Source of the DNA: Spirochaetota bacterium
Lineage (GTDB): Bacteria > Spirochaetota > UBA4802 > JAFGDQ01
Direction of reading: 5' to 3'
Assembly (NCBI GenBank): GCA_043803405.1
Contig: JAZDKB010000029.1
Span: 1 to 64,000, forward strand
DNA: 64,000 bases
Position numbers and translations under genes: made by a program. Shown piece by piece: positions 41,658-53,001 of the stretch (position 1 is its first letter; each line of letters starts with the position of its first letter). Below the pieces are notes generated by a model. That model made no database searches and was not told where the DNA came from. It worked only from the letters and a program-made list of their open reading frames with translations.

Positions 41658-42413
41658 ATGAGCCGCTCTGAAAGAGAAAAACATGCCTATGATTCCGGTG
41701 CGCTAAAAAGATCGCGTTATGAAAAATATTTTCAGCGTTCTGTTTTCGATATAGAATATATCGATAGTATCATTCGGTCGCACATGTCTTATGCAGAGGA
41801 TAGAGTAGTACTTGAGCTCGGTTCCAATGCATGGATTGGATATTTACATTTAAAAAATATTCGTCCTAAAAAATTATATTGTATTAATATTTCACAAAAG
41901 GAACTGGATATCGGCATCCGGTATAAGAAAAATAATTCCATCGCGTTCCCGATTGAATTTTTTTTAATGGATGCGACCAGGCCTTCTTTTAATCCAAGTC
42001 AATTTGATTTGATTTTTGGAGGCGCCATTCTTCATCATCTTGACATTGGTATGACTATCAGGAACATTCAATCATTGCTAAATAACAATGGCAGAATTTT
42101 TTTTCATGAACCATTGGGGGCTAACCCAATAGCAAAGATTATTCGTTTCTTCACACCTTCGGCTAGGACAAAAGACGAGCGTCCTTTAACAAGAAAAGAT
42201 ATTGTTTATATAAATAATATCTTTACATGCACAAACTATGTGTTAGGCGGCATGTCTGTCGCAACAGCGGTAATTACAAATTTACTGGCAAACCGGACTG
42301 ATACTTTTATGGATAAATTTTCCGGCAGAATCGATATGCTAGTCTCGCATGCTCACTTTTTACATCCGCTATTTAGAGAAATTTTAATAAGCGGCATAAA
42401 AAGATGTAAATAA
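41658..42413 (+). CDS. Class I SAM-dependent methyltransferase
   Basis: VLELGS, MDA, FDLIFGGAILHHL, EP. Confidence 0.85.
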   Translation: MSRSEREKHAYDSGALKRSRYEKYFQRSVFDIEYIDSIIRSHMSYAEDRVVLELGSNAWIGYLHLKNIRPKKLYCINISQKELDIGIRYKKNNSIAFPIEFFLMDATRPSFNPSQFDLIFGGAILHHLDIGMTIRNIQSLLNNNGRIFFHEPLGANPIAKIIRFFTPSARTKDERPLTRKDIVYINNIFTCTNYVLGGMSVATAVITNLLANRTDTFMDKFSGRIDMLVSHAHFLHPLFREILISGIKRCK

Positions 42414-42505
42414 GAAATATGATTAAGCAAGATTTAACCCCTGGATATAATATAATTAAAAAGTCAATTCTGGTTGTTTAATTTCTATCAAATTAATTAA
42501 TTTAA

Positions 42506-43774
42506 ATGTCAAAACGCAAAGTAATAGTAATAGGAGCAGGCGCTTCCGGGCTTATGGCTGCAGGCCAGTCTGCTGAAGCCGGGGCTGATACGATCCTTAT
42601 AGAAAAAATGAACAGGCCTGCGATGAAGCTCCGCATAACAGGCAAAGGCAGGTGCAACATAACAAACATTGCTCCTGTTGCGGATTTCGTTTCTCATTTC
42701 GGTGCTAACGGTAAATTTCTGCGCCAGGCGTTCTCCAGATTTTTTAATTCTGATTTAATCGATTTTTACAGCAGGCTTGGGCTTAAAACGGTAACTGAGA
42801 GAGGCGGCCGCGTGTTCCCTGAAAGCGGGGAAGCAAATGAAGTCGTAAGCATAATGATTGACTGGATAAAGCGCGCAGGCGTTAAGATGAAAACCGGATC
42901 GCCTGTAAGCTCGCTTGTAATAGAAAACGGGTGCGTAACAGGCGTCCGTATCCGGCAGGTTAAAGGAAGCACGGACGAGGTTCTGCCTGCGGACGCTGTG
43001 ATAATAGCTACAGGGGGCGCTTCATATCCGGGCACAGGTTCAACAGGCGACGGCTATGCTCTCGCAGAAGCAGCAGGCCATACTGTAATTGAAACGCGTC
43101 CTGCGCTTGTCCCGCTCGACACGACAGGGGAAACAGCATCGCGTCTGGAGGGGCTAAGCCTTCGCAACGTAAAAGCGTCCGCGTGGGTAAACGGCAAAAA
43201 GGCATCCGAAGAATTCGGGGACATGCTTTTTACTGCTAACGGAGTATCGGGCCCCGTCATTCTCACATTAAGCGGACTTTGCGTAGACGCTTTGCGCGCA
43301 AAAAGCAAAGTTGTTATTTCAATCGACCTTAAGCCTGCGCTTGATCACAAAGTCCTTGACGAAAGGCTGATGCGCGACATTAAAAACTCACCGACTAAGA
43401 ATGCAAATAATCTGCTAAAAGGTCTTTTACCCGAAAGACTTATAGCTGTTTGCATTGAAAGCACAGGAATAAACGGAGAAAAGAAAAGTAATCAGATATC
43501 ATCGGATGAGCGTAAACGATTGCGTGTATGGCTGAAAGACTTTCGTCTGGATGTCACTGGACACAGGCCTATCGCAGAAGCAATAATTACTGCGGGCGGT
43601 GTAAGCACCAAAGAAGTGAATCCGCGCACAATGGAATCACGCATTGTTAAGGGACTGTATTTCTCCGGCGAGGTGCTGGACATTAATGCTGATACGGGCG
43701 GGTATAATCTGCAGGCTGCGTTTTCCACAGGCTGGCTCGCAGGGAGATCGGCAGCTGCAGGAGCAGAGGAATAA
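42506..43774 (+). CDS. HI0933/YhiN family flavoprotein (NAD(P)/FAD oxidoreductase)
   Basis: GAGASG, TGKGRCNITN, GSTGDG, TGGYNLQAAFSTG. Confidence 0.93.
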   Translation: MSKRKVIVIGAGASGLMAAGQSAEAGADTILIEKMNRPAMKLRITGKGRCNITNIAPVADFVSHFGANGKFLRQAFSRFFNSDLIDFYSRLGLKTVTERGGRVFPESGEANEVVSIMIDWIKRAGVKMKTGSPVSSLVIENGCVTGVRIRQVKGSTDEVLPADAVIIATGGASYPGTGSTGDGYALAEAAGHTVIETRPALVPLDTTGETASRLEGLSLRNVKASAWVNGKKASEEFGDMLFTANGVSGPVILTLSGLCVDALRAKSKVVISIDLKPALDHKVLDERLMRDIKNSPTKNANNLLKGLLPERLIAVCIESTGINGEKKSNQISSDERKRLRVWLKDFRLDVTGHRPIAEAIITAGGVSTKEVNPRTMESRIVKGLYFSGEVLDINADTGGYNLQAAFSTGWLAGRSAAAGAEE

Positions 43775-45426
43775 TGAAAAGTACAGGCTTTCTGCCCATT
43801 ACAAGAAAAGAGATGATCGATCGCGGATGGGACAGTGTTGACATTGTGCTTATAACAGGAGACGCGTACGTTGACCACCCGTCATTCGGAAGCGCTGTGA
43901 TTGGTCGGGTGCTGGAGAGCAAAGGCTTTCGGGTTGGCATAATCGCCATGCCAGACTGGCGCGATCCGGGATCGATAGACCTGTTCGGTAAACCAAATCT
44001 TTTCTTCGCTGTAACAGGCGGAGCAATTGACTCAATGCTGGCATGCTATACAGCATTCAAACGCAAAAGAAGCGACGACCCGTACGCGCCCGGGGGCAGA
44101 GGCAATAAACCTGAGCGGGCTGTTATTGTTTATTGCAATCTCATTAAAAAGCTTTATAAGGATGTGCCGATTGTCATAGGCGGGATTGAGGCCTCTATGA
44201 GGAGAATCGCGCACTATGACTTCTGGGACAACAAAGTCCGCCGCTCAATAATCGAAGATTCGCGCGCCGATATTCTTGTTTACGGCATGGGCGAGAAAGC
44301 AATTGCGGAAATAGCAGAGAGGCTCTCCTCGGATAAGGATATTGAAGGGATACCTGGAACAGCTGTGATGGCGAAAAATTATCCTGCCGGAGCTTTTATT
44401 CTGCCTGCCGAAGAGGATGCTGTAAAAAACAAATCAAGCTTTATAGATTTATATAAGCTTTTTTATTTGCACCAGCAGAAGACACTTGCCCAGCCCGCAG
44501 GTAAAAGATTTCTTGTGCATTATCCTGCTCCTGCGATGAGTTCAAAAGAGCTGGATGATGTTTATGCTCTTCCATATAAGCGCAGCCCTCATCCTTTGTA
44601 TAAAGAACCGGTACCCGCGTTTGATATGATAAAAAATTCCGTAACATGCCACAGGGGTTGCGTTTCCGGTTGCTCTTTCTGCTCCCTTTCCCTGCATCAG
44701 GGAAGAAGGATAATCAGCAGGAGCAGGGACTCTGTTCTTGGTGAAGTAAAGGCAATCGCCGATGCCAAAGATTTCAAAGGCCACATAACTGACATAGGCG
44801 GGCCGTCCGCGAATATGTACGGATTCAGATGCTCCAAGGGATGGAAGTGCGGGCGCGAAAGCTGTTTGTATCCGTCGGTTTGCCCAAACCTTTTATTAAG
44901 CGTAAAGAAGTGGATAGATTTACTGGCAGCTGCGGCGCACATTAAGGGCGTTAAAAGCGTTACGATCGGGTCCGGGATACGTTACGACATTTTCATGATG
45001 GACCCGGATCACAAAGCTGCGCTAAAGGCAATCGTGAAGTCGCATATCAGCGGGCAGCTGAAGATAGCGCCGGAGAGCACTTCTCCGCGGGTTTTACGCG
45101 CCATGAGGAAGATACCTGTTTTTGAGCTTATGGAATTTATAAGGCTTTTTAAGGATTGCAATTCAATGCTGGGTAAAAAGCAGTATTTAATTCCGTATTT
45201 TATGTCGTGCCACCCGGGAAGCCTTTACGAAGACATGAAAGCCACAAGGGAAGATGTTCTTGCATTGTTCGGGTTTGTGCCGGATCAGGTGCAGATGTTT
45301 ATACCGCTTCCGATGACATTGTCCTCGGTAATTTATTATACAGGCATTGATCCGGTAACAGGGGAGAGTTTTAAGTCTGTAGGGGCTATGCAGGAACGAA
45401 AAAAACAGCACGGAATATGGAAATAA
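43774..45426 (+). CDS. ygiQ: YgiQ family radical SAM protein
   Basis: GDAYVDHPSFG, RRIAHYD, HRGCVSGCSFC, DIGGPSANMY. Confidence 0.92.
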   Translation: MKSTGFLPITRKEMIDRGWDSVDIVLITGDAYVDHPSFGSAVIGRVLESKGFRVGIIAMPDWRDPGSIDLFGKPNLFFAVTGGAIDSMLACYTAFKRKRSDDPYAPGGRGNKPERAVIVYCNLIKKLYKDVPIVIGGIEASMRRIAHYDFWDNKVRRSIIEDSRADILVYGMGEKAIAEIAERLSSDKDIEGIPGTAVMAKNYPAGAFILPAEEDAVKNKSSFIDLYKLFYLHQQKTLAQPAGKRFLVHYPAPAMSSKELDDVYALPYKRSPHPLYKEPVPAFDMIKNSVTCHRGCVSGCSFCSLSLHQGRRIISRSRDSVLGEVKAIADAKDFKGHITDIGGPSANMYGFRCSKGWKCGRESCLYPSVCPNLLLSVKKWIDLLAAAAHIKGVKSVTIGSGIRYDIFMMDPDHKAALKAIVKSHISGQLKIAPESTSPRVLRAMRKIPVFELMEFIRLFKDCNSMLGKKQYLIPYFMSCHPGSLYEDMKATREDVLALFGFVPDQVQMFIPLPMTLSSVIYYTGIDPVTGESFKSVGAMQERKKQHGIWK

Positions 45427-45666
45427 TGCGCTTTCTTAACAGTTCTAAAATCATTTTAAACCCAACAAAAACACTGTAAAATAAAAAAATGGTTGTTAAA
45501 AATTCCTGTAATTATTAATCTGGGGTATTCTAAATAGGTTACTGTTTTTTAATCAAATGTAATTCTTCCATATTTAAATAATAAGGGATAATTACACGAT
45601 TTCTGTTTTTATTCAGACAGACTGGCATTAAAACAAAATTTTTTTCTTTAAACAAGGAGGAATAAG

Positions 45667-46776
45667 ATGTCATCAGTACCAACCACAATTAAAACATGGC
45701 AAATGGTTCAGCCAACTTCACGCAATAAAGACACAAAAGAAGTAACACCCGGAAAACTCGAATTAAAGGAAGTTCCTGTTCCGGCACTTAAGGAAGGCGA
45801 AGCACTTGTTGAAGTTGCAGGCTGCGGCGTATGCCATACAGACCTTGGATATTTTTATGATGGAGTACCTACAGTACAAAAACCGGCTTTAACATTAGGC
45901 CATGAAATAGCCGGAACTGTTGTTGCAGGAGACAAAGCATGGATCGGGAAAGAAGTTATTATTCCGGCTGTTATGCCTTGCAGACAGTGCATTATGTGTA
46001 AAACAGGAAGAGGAAACAGATGCCTCGCACAGAAGATGCCAGGCAACAGCCTTGGTATTTACGGCGGATTCTCCAGCCATATACCAGTTCCGAGCGTTGA
46101 CCTTTGCGAAGTTAAAAACCGCGGCGATGTGCCTCTAGCTCATCTTGCAGTTGTTGCTGATGCAGCTACTACTCCGTACCAGGCAGTAAAAAGAGCTAAT
46201 ATGCAGCCGGGCGACAATGTAATAGTTGTTGGCGCGACAGGCGGCGTTGGCCAGTATATGGTGCAGATGGCAAAAGCGCTGGGCGCAAAAACCGTTATAG
46301 GTATCGCAAGGAACCAGGAAAAACTGAACCGCCAGTTAAAATACGGTGCGGATCATGTTATAAGCTCACAGGATAAGGATGTTAAAGCAGTATCGGACGA
46401 GTTCAGAGCTATCTGCAAGTCAAAAGGACTTCCGAGCTTTGGATGGATAATATTTGAAGTATCGGGACAGAAAGCAGGACAGGATATCGCTCTTACTCTC
46501 TTGGGCTTTATCGGGAAACTGGTTGTTTTAGGATTCGGCATGGCAAAACTCGAATATATGTTCTCTAAACTGATGGCGTTTGATGCTGACGTAATGGGAA
46601 GCTGGGGATGTCTGCCTGAATATTATCCTATAGTAATGGATATGGTTCTAAACAAAAAAATCAATATTGCTGATTTCGTTCAGACAAGACCTATGAGCAC
46701 AATTGCAGCAGCATTTGAAGAAGCTCACAAGGTATCTCCTGACAGACGTATCGTTCTTACACCGGATTTTAAATAG
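45667..46776 (+). CDS. had: 6-hydroxycyclohex-1-ene-1-carbonyl-CoA dehydrogenase (Had/BamQ)
   Basis: Zn-ADH motifs GCGVCHTD, GHE and CxxCxxC-x7-C; family-typical QKMPGN, SKLMAFDA, GSWGC. Confidence 0.9.
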   Translation: MSSVPTTIKTWQMVQPTSRNKDTKEVTPGKLELKEVPVPALKEGEALVEVAGCGVCHTDLGYFYDGVPTVQKPALTLGHEIAGTVVAGDKAWIGKEVIIPAVMPCRQCIMCKTGRGNRCLAQKMPGNSLGIYGGFSSHIPVPSVDLCEVKNRGDVPLAHLAVVADAATTPYQAVKRANMQPGDNVIVVGATGGVGQYMVQMAKALGAKTVIGIARNQEKLNRQLKYGADHVISSQDKDVKAVSDEFRAICKSKGLPSFGWIIFEVSGQKAGQDIALTLLGFIGKLVVLGFGMAKLEYMFSKLMAFDADVMGSWGCLPEYYPIVMDMVLNKKINIADFVQTRPMSTIAAAFEEAHKVSPDRRIVLTPDFK

Positions 46777-46820
46777 ATATAAACATCAGGTGAAATAGAA
46801 ATATTCAATGGGGGATTTTA

Positions 46821-46906
46821 TACCGCAGAATCGCGGAGACATTAAAGAAACGGATTTTAAATACGAATTTATTAAATTAACTTTTTGTCTCTGTGCTTCT
46901 GCGGTA
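46821..46906 (+). repeat. 21-bp imperfect inverted repeat (stem-loop) between had and the cysteine hydrolase
   Basis: TACCGCAGAATCGCGGAGACA / TGTCTCTGTGCTTCTGCGGTA; two G-U pairs and one mismatch on the + strand. Confidence 0.75.
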
Positions 46907-46940
46907 AAGTTTTCCCATAAATAATAATAAGAAATTTTTA

Positions 46941-47519
46941 ATGGAAAACCCGAATACAGAAAAACCCGCCTTTCTTATCATCGATATGGTAAAAGATAAC
47001 TTTATCGAAGCAAGAAAGCTGCCTATTACTACTCTCGCAAAAAAAATAATTGATCCAATTAATAAATTCAGCGCTTTTTTCAGAAAAAAAGGCTGGCCGG
47101 TTATTTTTTCAACGGACGCATTTCATAAGGAAGACTTTATTTTTAAAAGCTCTATGACTCCGCATTCGCTTGCAGGCACCAAAGGAGCGGAAGTAATTGA
47201 CGAATTAGAACTCCTGGAAGGTGATCTATGGCTGCCAAAACCCAGGTTCTCCGCATTCTTTAATACCGGACTTGAAAAGCGGCTTAAAGAAATGGGTATT
47301 ACTCTTTGCGCTGTCGGAGGGATATCAACGCAATACTGCGTACTTACGACAATAATGGACGCGGTCTGCCATGATTTTAAGGCTGTCTTTATTGAAGACT
47401 GTACTACTGCCGCGACTGAAGCTTCACATAAACAGACTCTGGATCTTTACAGACGGAATCCGCTTTATCCTTTATTTAAGGTACAAACCTCAATAGACTT
47501 CATGAAAGAATTTCAGTAA
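46941..47519 (+). CDS. Isochorismatase-family cysteine hydrolase
   Basis: IIDM..D, KPRFSAF, GISTQYCV (Asp-Lys-Cys triad). Confidence 0.9.
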   Translation: MENPNTEKPAFLIIDMVKDNFIEARKLPITTLAKKIIDPINKFSAFFRKKGWPVIFSTDAFHKEDFIFKSSMTPHSLAGTKGAEVIDELELLEGDLWLPKPRFSAFFNTGLEKRLKEMGITLCAVGGISTQYCVLTTIMDAVCHDFKAVFIEDCTTAATEASHKQTLDLYRRNPLYPLFKVQTSIDFMKEFQ

Positions 47520-47525
47520 ATGTGG

Positions 47526-50500
47526 TTATCCTTTAAGTGCTGTCCTTACTTTTTGCGAAAGAGCAGAAAGCGTAAACGGCTTCTGAATAAAATTAATATC
47601 TTCATCCAGTATGCCGTGCTGTCCTATAACCTTGCCGGTATAACCTGACATAAACACTACCTTTAGCTCCGGACTATCGTGTTTAAGAGTTTCATACAGC
47701 GCCTTGCCGTCTTTTTTCGGCATAATAACGTCCGTTAAAAGCAGGTCTATTGAACCGGTATACTGCCCGATTATTTCCATGCAATTATCCGCGTCTCTTG
47801 CCGGAAGCACCTTGTATCCAAGATCTTCCAGCATTTTACATGTCAGCGCCCGGACAGTATCATTATCTTCAACCAGAAGTATTGTTTCACTGCCGCGCTC
47901 AATTTGTTCCTGAATCTGCACCTTATCCTGTGCGATATCCCATTTCTCATTTACTCTTGGTAGATAGATTATAAATGTGCTGCCTTCGTTTTTTTCGGAA
48001 TATACTGAAATTGAACCTCCATGCTGTTTTACGATCCCGTAAACAGTGGACAGCCCCAACCCTGTTCCTCTGCCGAGTTCTTTTGTTGTAAAAAACGGTT
48101 CAAATATATGTCTTAGTATCTCTTTATCCATCCCAAAGCCGTTGTCGCTTACAGTCATCGTTACGTAATGGCCGGGCAATACTTCAGGATGTGAATATGT
48201 GTATGATTCATCCAGATCGGTGTTTGTTGCCTCAATAGTCAGTACACCCCCATCCGGCATTGCATCCTGGGCATTTACCGCTAAATTAAGCAGTGCCTGC
48301 TCAATTTGCCCGGTGTCGGCGTTTACAAAACCAATTTGCTGCGGTATTATAATTTTGATTTCAATATTCTCGCGTATTGTGCGGTTCAGTATCAGTTCAA
48401 ATTCATGGATAATATCTCCCATGTTAACGACTTTTAATTCAAGAACCTGCTTTCTGCTGAATACAAGAAGCCTCCTTGTTAAATTTTTCGCCAGGTCCGC
48501 GGCTTTATGTATCTGTTCAAGTTTAGAGCGTGCAGGATCATTCTCCGAAAGATCGTGCAGCATCATTTCGCTGTAACCGAGAATAGGCGTTAACAGATTG
48601 TTGAAATCGTGCGCAACGCCACCGGCCAGAAGCCCTACAGTCTCCATTTTCTGGGACTGGAAAAGCTGTTCCTTAAGCTCAGCCTGTTCTCTCTCCGCTA
48701 TCTTTTGCTCGGTAATGTCGCGGATAGTCTCTATTGCTCCGGAAATATTGCCCTTGCTGTCGTACAACCGCGCGATCATCCCCCAGAGATTACGGGGTTC
48801 TCCATTTAATGTCACTTTAGCTTCAGCAGTAAGAAAATCCCTTTCTCTCTTTACATAGTAATATTTTTTTTCAATCTCTTCATCGGATTCGAACGCGAGA
48901 TCGATCAGGATCGGGCGTCTCAACCCATAGAACGGGATTGCATATTCATAATTTCCTTTTCCCAGCATATCTTCCGGCTTGCTTCCGGTTAATTCTTCAA
49001 GCGCACGGTTCCATGCAATGATTTTTTTATCTTTATCTACAACAAATGTCGCGTCAGGTAGAAAGTTGAATATTTCGGACATTCTTTGTTTTGATTCCAG
49101 CAGCGCGTCCTCAGCCTGCTTGCGCTGACTAATATCGTTGAATACTCCTTCTACGCCCATTATGTTGCCGTCTTTATCGTAATAATAGTGGCTGCTTGTT
49201 GAGATGATAACAGGCTGTCCGTTATCAACGCGCTTCAGCGTGACCTCGTAATTTGTGACTTTGCCGTTTGTCTGCAGCTTCTTAAGCAGTTCCCCCCTTT
49301 CATCAGGATGGTAATAAAAATTTTGACTGATATTTTTTCCAATCATCCATTCTGCAGAAGGGCAGCCCAGCAGACGCGCTACCGACTGGCTGGCAAATGT
49401 AATGCTGCCTTTTAAATCGCTGCGGTAAACACAATCCTGCATATTTTCAATAAGAGTGCGGTATTTTTCTTCGCTTTCCCTTAGCGCATTTTCAATGCGT
49501 TTCCGACCGGTTATATCGCGGGCGACAGCATAAATCATTTTTCCCGAAGGGAAGGAGCGCCATTCGATCCAGCGATAGGAGCCGTCTTTGCATCTGTATC
49601 GGTTTTCAAAATTCAGAACCTGTTTTTGCGATTCAAGCTGCGAAATTACAGCTTTTGTCTTTTCAACATCATCCTCATGAACAAATTCGAGGAATTTTCT
49701 GCCTTTAAGTTCGGTAATGCTGTAGCCTAACGTTTTTTCCCATTCAGGATTTAATCGATGAAAATGTCCGTCAGTATCCGCAATACAAAGAAGGTCAAGG
49801 CTGGATGTAAAATAATAGTCGAGTTCAATTGTCTTTTCCCGTAAGGCTTCCTCAGTACGCTTTCGTTCTGTAATATCGATAATGATACCCTGATAGTGAA
49901 TGATCCTGCCATCGCTGCCGCGTTCTACACCGGTGCGGTCATCGACCCATAGTATATTGCCGTCTTTTGTAATAATCCTGTATTCCTGTTTAAATTCGTC
50001 CCTGCCTGCACGGGTATATTCACGGATTTCCGTGGCTACCCGCTGAAGGTCGTCCGGATGTATTATGGAAGAATATTTTATTTTTCCGGAAGTGAAATCT
50101 TCCGCAGTATAACCGAACTGGCTTACATTGTCGGATACGTATTTAACAGGCCAGCCTTCTTCAACCTTCCACAGGAAAAGCACTGCGGGACTGTTTTCTA
50201 TTACATGACGCACCATCCGGAGCGTTCTCTCAGCTTTTCTCCGGCGGATTATGCTTATACTTAAAAAGAGTGTAAAGCCGGTCAAACATACTGCAATAAT
50301 GCCAGCAGACCAGACAAAATATGTATGCCTCTGATAAAATGAATCAGGACGGTTTATTACAATTGAATTGTCGGGAAGTTTGTCTAAGGATATGCCGAAT
50401 CTTTTTAACTGCGCATAATCAAACATATAACGGTTGGCGTCTTTTGCATTTACAATGGGAATTGCACCCGCATTCTCGCCTCTCAGGATGCGCAAGGCGA

Positions 50501-51356
50501 GTTCGGCAGCAATCTCCCCCTGTTTGTGCCCGCTAATAAGCTGTCCCCCGATTATCCCGTGTCCAAAAAAAACATCCCATAACGAATACACCGGAACCGG
50601 GCTATGCCTGGAAACCCATTTTGTCGTTTCCCTGAACAGCATCTGTCTGCCGGTATCTTCCGCAATTAATCCGTTCAGGAATACGACGCTTTTATCATTG
50701 AGCGATTTCAATCTCGATGCCAGCTCGGTTTTTGAAAGATCATCCCAGAAGATTACCCGCAAATCCGGAGGAAGGCCGTGCAGAGAAGATTTGAAAGTAT
50801 CTTTATTGAGTTTATCTGCAGCTACTAAAGTACGTCCGATAACAATAATATCTTTTATTTTAGGATTGAATTTATATGCAATATTTACGGTTTCAATAAC
50901 GGATTCTTTTTCAATTACGCCGGATATGCCATGGCGGTTTGCGATAATACTTTCGTGAAAGTTGTTTATACCGCAGAATACAACAGGAACATCCGGGAAA
51001 AGGCCGCCTCTGTTGTTTAATATAAAAGTGAGCGCATCATTATCGGCAATAATAACAAGGTCGGGATTTACGTTTTGCAGTTTAAAAAGCAGAAAGCTTT
51101 CGATTCTCTTCCTGCTGTCGGGATCAACAAAGCGCCTTGCATCAAGGTATTCCGCACTCAACCGGATATCATTCCCGCTTTGGCCGAATATTGTTTTAAT
51201 CCCCTCGGTTATGGAATCGGTCCAGCTTAAACCGGAATTATAAGAATGAATAATAATAACCTTAAATGATTTTTGAGGTATTGCCTGCAAAGGCAGAGTT
51301 AATGAAAGCAGCAGAAAACCTGCCAGTATTATCTCAGGTAATTGATGGCGTTTCAA
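47526..51356 (-). CDS. Hybrid sensor histidine kinase (periplasmic binding-protein-like domain, 4 PAS, HisKA, HATPase, REC)
   Basis: HSY...WT periplasmic domain, TM, repeated DIT.RK PAS linkers, [26 protein letters not shown]. Confidence 0.93.
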   Translation of the reverse strand: MKRHQLPEIILAGFLLLSLTLPLQAIPQKSFKVIIIHSYNSGLSWTDSITEGIKTIFGQSGNDIRLSAEYLDARRFVDPDSRKRIESFLLFKLQNVNPDLVIIADNDALTFILNNRGGLFPDVPVVFCGINNFHESIIANRHGISGVIEKESVIETVNIAYKFNPKIKDIIVIGRTLVAADKLNKDTFKSSLHGLPPDLRVIFWDDLSKTELASRLKSLNDKSVVFLNGLIAEDTGRQMLFRETTKWVSRHSPVPVYSLWDVFFGHGIIGGQLISGHKQGEIAAELALRILRGENAGAIPIVNAKDANRYMFDYAQLKRFGISLDKLPDNSIVINRPDSFYQRHTYFVWSAGIIAVCLTGFTLFLSISIIRRRKAERTLRMVRHVIENSPAVLFLWKVEEGWPVKYVSDNVSQFGYTAEDFTSGKIKYSSIIHPDDLQRVATEIREYTRAGRDEFKQEYRIITKDGNILWVDDRTGVERGSDGRIIHYQGIIIDITERKRTEEALREKTIELDYYFTSSLDLLCIADTDGHFHRLNPEWEKTLGYSITELKGRKFLEFVHEDDVEKTKAVISQLESQKQVLNFENRYRCKDGSYRWIEWRSFPSGKMIYAVARDITGRKRIENALRESEEKYRTLIENMQDCVYRSDLKGSITFASQSVARLLGCPSAEWMIGKNISQNFYYHPDERGELLKKLQTNGKVTNYEVTLKRVDNGQPVIISTSSHYYYDKDGNIMGVEGVFNDISQRKQAEDALLESKQRMSEIFNFLPDATFVVDKDKKIIAWNRALEELTGSKPEDMLGKGNYEYAIPFYGLRRPILIDLAFESDEEIEKKYYYVKRERDFLTAEAKVTLNGEPRNLWGMIARLYDSKGNISGAIETIRDITEQKIAEREQAELKEQLFQSQKMETVGLLAGGVAHDFNNLLTPILGYSEMMLHDLSENDPARSKLEQIHKAADLAKNLTRRLLVFSRKQVLELKVVNMGDIIHEFELILNRTIRENIEIKIIIPQQIGFVNADTGQIEQALLNLAVNAQDAMPDGGVLTIEATNTDLDESYTYSHPEVLPGHYVTMTVSDNGFGMDKEILRHIFEPFFTTKELGRGTGLGLSTVYGIVKQHGGSISVYSEKNEGSTFIIYLPRVNEKWDIAQDKVQIQEQIERGSETILLVEDNDTVRALTCKMLEDLGYKVLPARDADNCMEIIGQYTGSIDLLLTDVIMPKKDGKALYETLKHDSPELKVVFMSGYTGKVIGQHGILDEDINFIQKPFTLSALSQKVRTALKG

Positions 51357-51628
51357 TGTAGGATACCTTTAATAATTTCACAAAGGCTGAAAATATTTTT
51401 TTAATTATAACATATTAATATAATAAGTCACTAAATATATTAAAAGATAATGGAATGATTATTTCTGGAATATATTCTGATAATACAAAGTCGGCATAAA
51501 AAATTATAATTATTATAATAAAATAATGGAAAACTATATATTTGATTTTTATACTGGATACAAATTTGATTTTTTGTTTTTTAGGATAGCCTCATTAAAT
51601 ATTAAATAATTTTTAAAAGATAGTTAAC

Positions 51629-51964
51629 ATGAAAACAATAGATGAATTCGGTAAAGATCCGACAGTACAAAGAACACGAACTCTTTTTTCGCTTATGGAG
51701 AGGATGGATAAAGCTCTTCAGGAAGGCTTAAAATTATCAGCTTTTGACGCAAGACTTGGAACAATAAGGAGCATCAGGCAGCAGCTCTATGAGAGATGCT
51801 TTACCCGCGCTCTCCGCAAAGGCATTTATATGGACGAAGAAAAAGCTCTTGAGCTTTTCAGCCATTGCCAAAAGACGGCGGCTGCCCGATGCGGTTTCGC
51901 CTATCCTTATGAGGTTTCGGACGATCCGGAAATATTAATACTGATGAAGGAGGAAATCTCGTGA
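51629..51964 (+). CDS. Hypothetical protein
   Basis: 111-aa ORF whose stop overlaps the GTG start of the next gene. Confidence 0.65.
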   Translation: MKTIDEFGKDPTVQRTRTLFSLMERMDKALQEGLKLSAFDARLGTIRSIRQQLYERCFTRALRKGIYMDEEKALELFSHCQKTAAARCGFAYPYEVSDDPEILILMKEEIS

Positions 51965-52296
51965 TTAAACTGCGGCTATTCGGACGATGCAGGATTTACC
52001 ACGATCCGGTAAGCCCTGTTTTAAAAGAACCCGCACAGATCGGCTGGACAGCGTGGTTCAGGGACATAGAACTTGTGACGCCGAGACGCTTTAAAGGTAA
52101 AGAACTCCTCATGCGCACAAAAGGCTGGTGGACTGTTGATCCTGCGGGGATTGCCCCGGTTGTTGAAAAACACGGCGCCCTTGTTGTAGGGGAAAAAGGC
52201 GAATTAATGGTAGAGTTCGGAAGTGAAGAAGCAGTGCAGGCCCTTGCCAAAGATCTTGCGGACAACTTCGGTGAACAGGTTCTGCTTGCGCCATAA
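51961..52296 (+). CDS. Uncharacterised small protein (CxxxHDPV motif), paralog of 54213-54569
   Basis: AGGAGG RBS; gapless alignment to the 54569 protein. Confidence 0.8.
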   Translation: MIKLRLFGRCRIYHDPVSPVLKEPAQIGWTAWFRDIELVTPRRFKGKELLMRTKGWWTVDPAGIAPVVEKHGALVVGEKGELMVEFGSEEAVQALAKDLADNFGEQVLLAP

Positions 52297-52336
52297 GACG
52301 AATGCTTTTTACAAAAAGAAGTTAAAAATTAATCTG

Positions 52337-52684
52337 TTATTTCTCCCATGCCGGTGAAGCTACCACTAAAACAACAAGTTCTTCTTCGCCTGTATTAGCA
52401 AGGCTGTGGGGTAAGCCTGTAGGCAGCCATGTTGCATCTCCCGGCCCCACTTGCTTTTCTTCGTCGCCTACGCGCATTAGTCCTTTGCCGAACAGAACGA
52501 AATATATTTCTTCCATTGGGTCAACATGGCTCTCTATTATCTTGCCGGGATCAAGTCTCGCGATTGCAAGAAAACCGATCTCCTGCAGCACTCGCCGGTC
52601 AAGTATCATTTGAGCAATGGCGCCCCCGTGCGCTAAATAAGTTGTTTCCAGCACTTCTTTATCGTTTACATTTCTAACTATCAT
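52337..52684 (-). CDS. Cupin domain protein
   Basis: H.DPMEEIYFVL.GKG, GDATWLP.G.PH.L.N; AGGAG RBS. Confidence 0.88.
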   Translation of the reverse strand: MIVRNVNDKEVLETTYLAHGGAIAQMILDRRVLQEIGFLAIARLDPGKIIESHVDPMEEIYFVLFGKGLMRVGDEEKQVGPGDATWLPTGLPHSLANTGEEELVVLVVASPAWEK

Positions 52685-53001
52685 ACGAAAACTTCTCCTT
52701 TGTTATCTATTAATCTAGTAAAATAAAATACTCCGCCCGCCTGGTTGGCGTATCTGTTTGCGGTATAATTTATTATTGTAACTAAATTTATATTTGAAGG
52801 ATATTGTAAAGACTTTCTTTTAATTGACTAAAAATCCTTGCTTTTTTTAATAAGATATAGCTTTTAGAAGAAAGGCACTGGCGAAGCACTAGTAAACCGT
52901 CACATTAAATCCTACTACTCATAATTTAGAATGTGAAGGCGTACTAGCCTTTAATAAAAATAACACTATATATCATTATTAGTATTCAGCAGGTAAATTT
53001 T

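Noticed and set aside
52871..52952. Assignment as a c-di-GMP, ZTP or fluoride riboswitch
   Set aside because: Conserved nucleotides of those families are not present in the right order; kept only as an unassigned candidate
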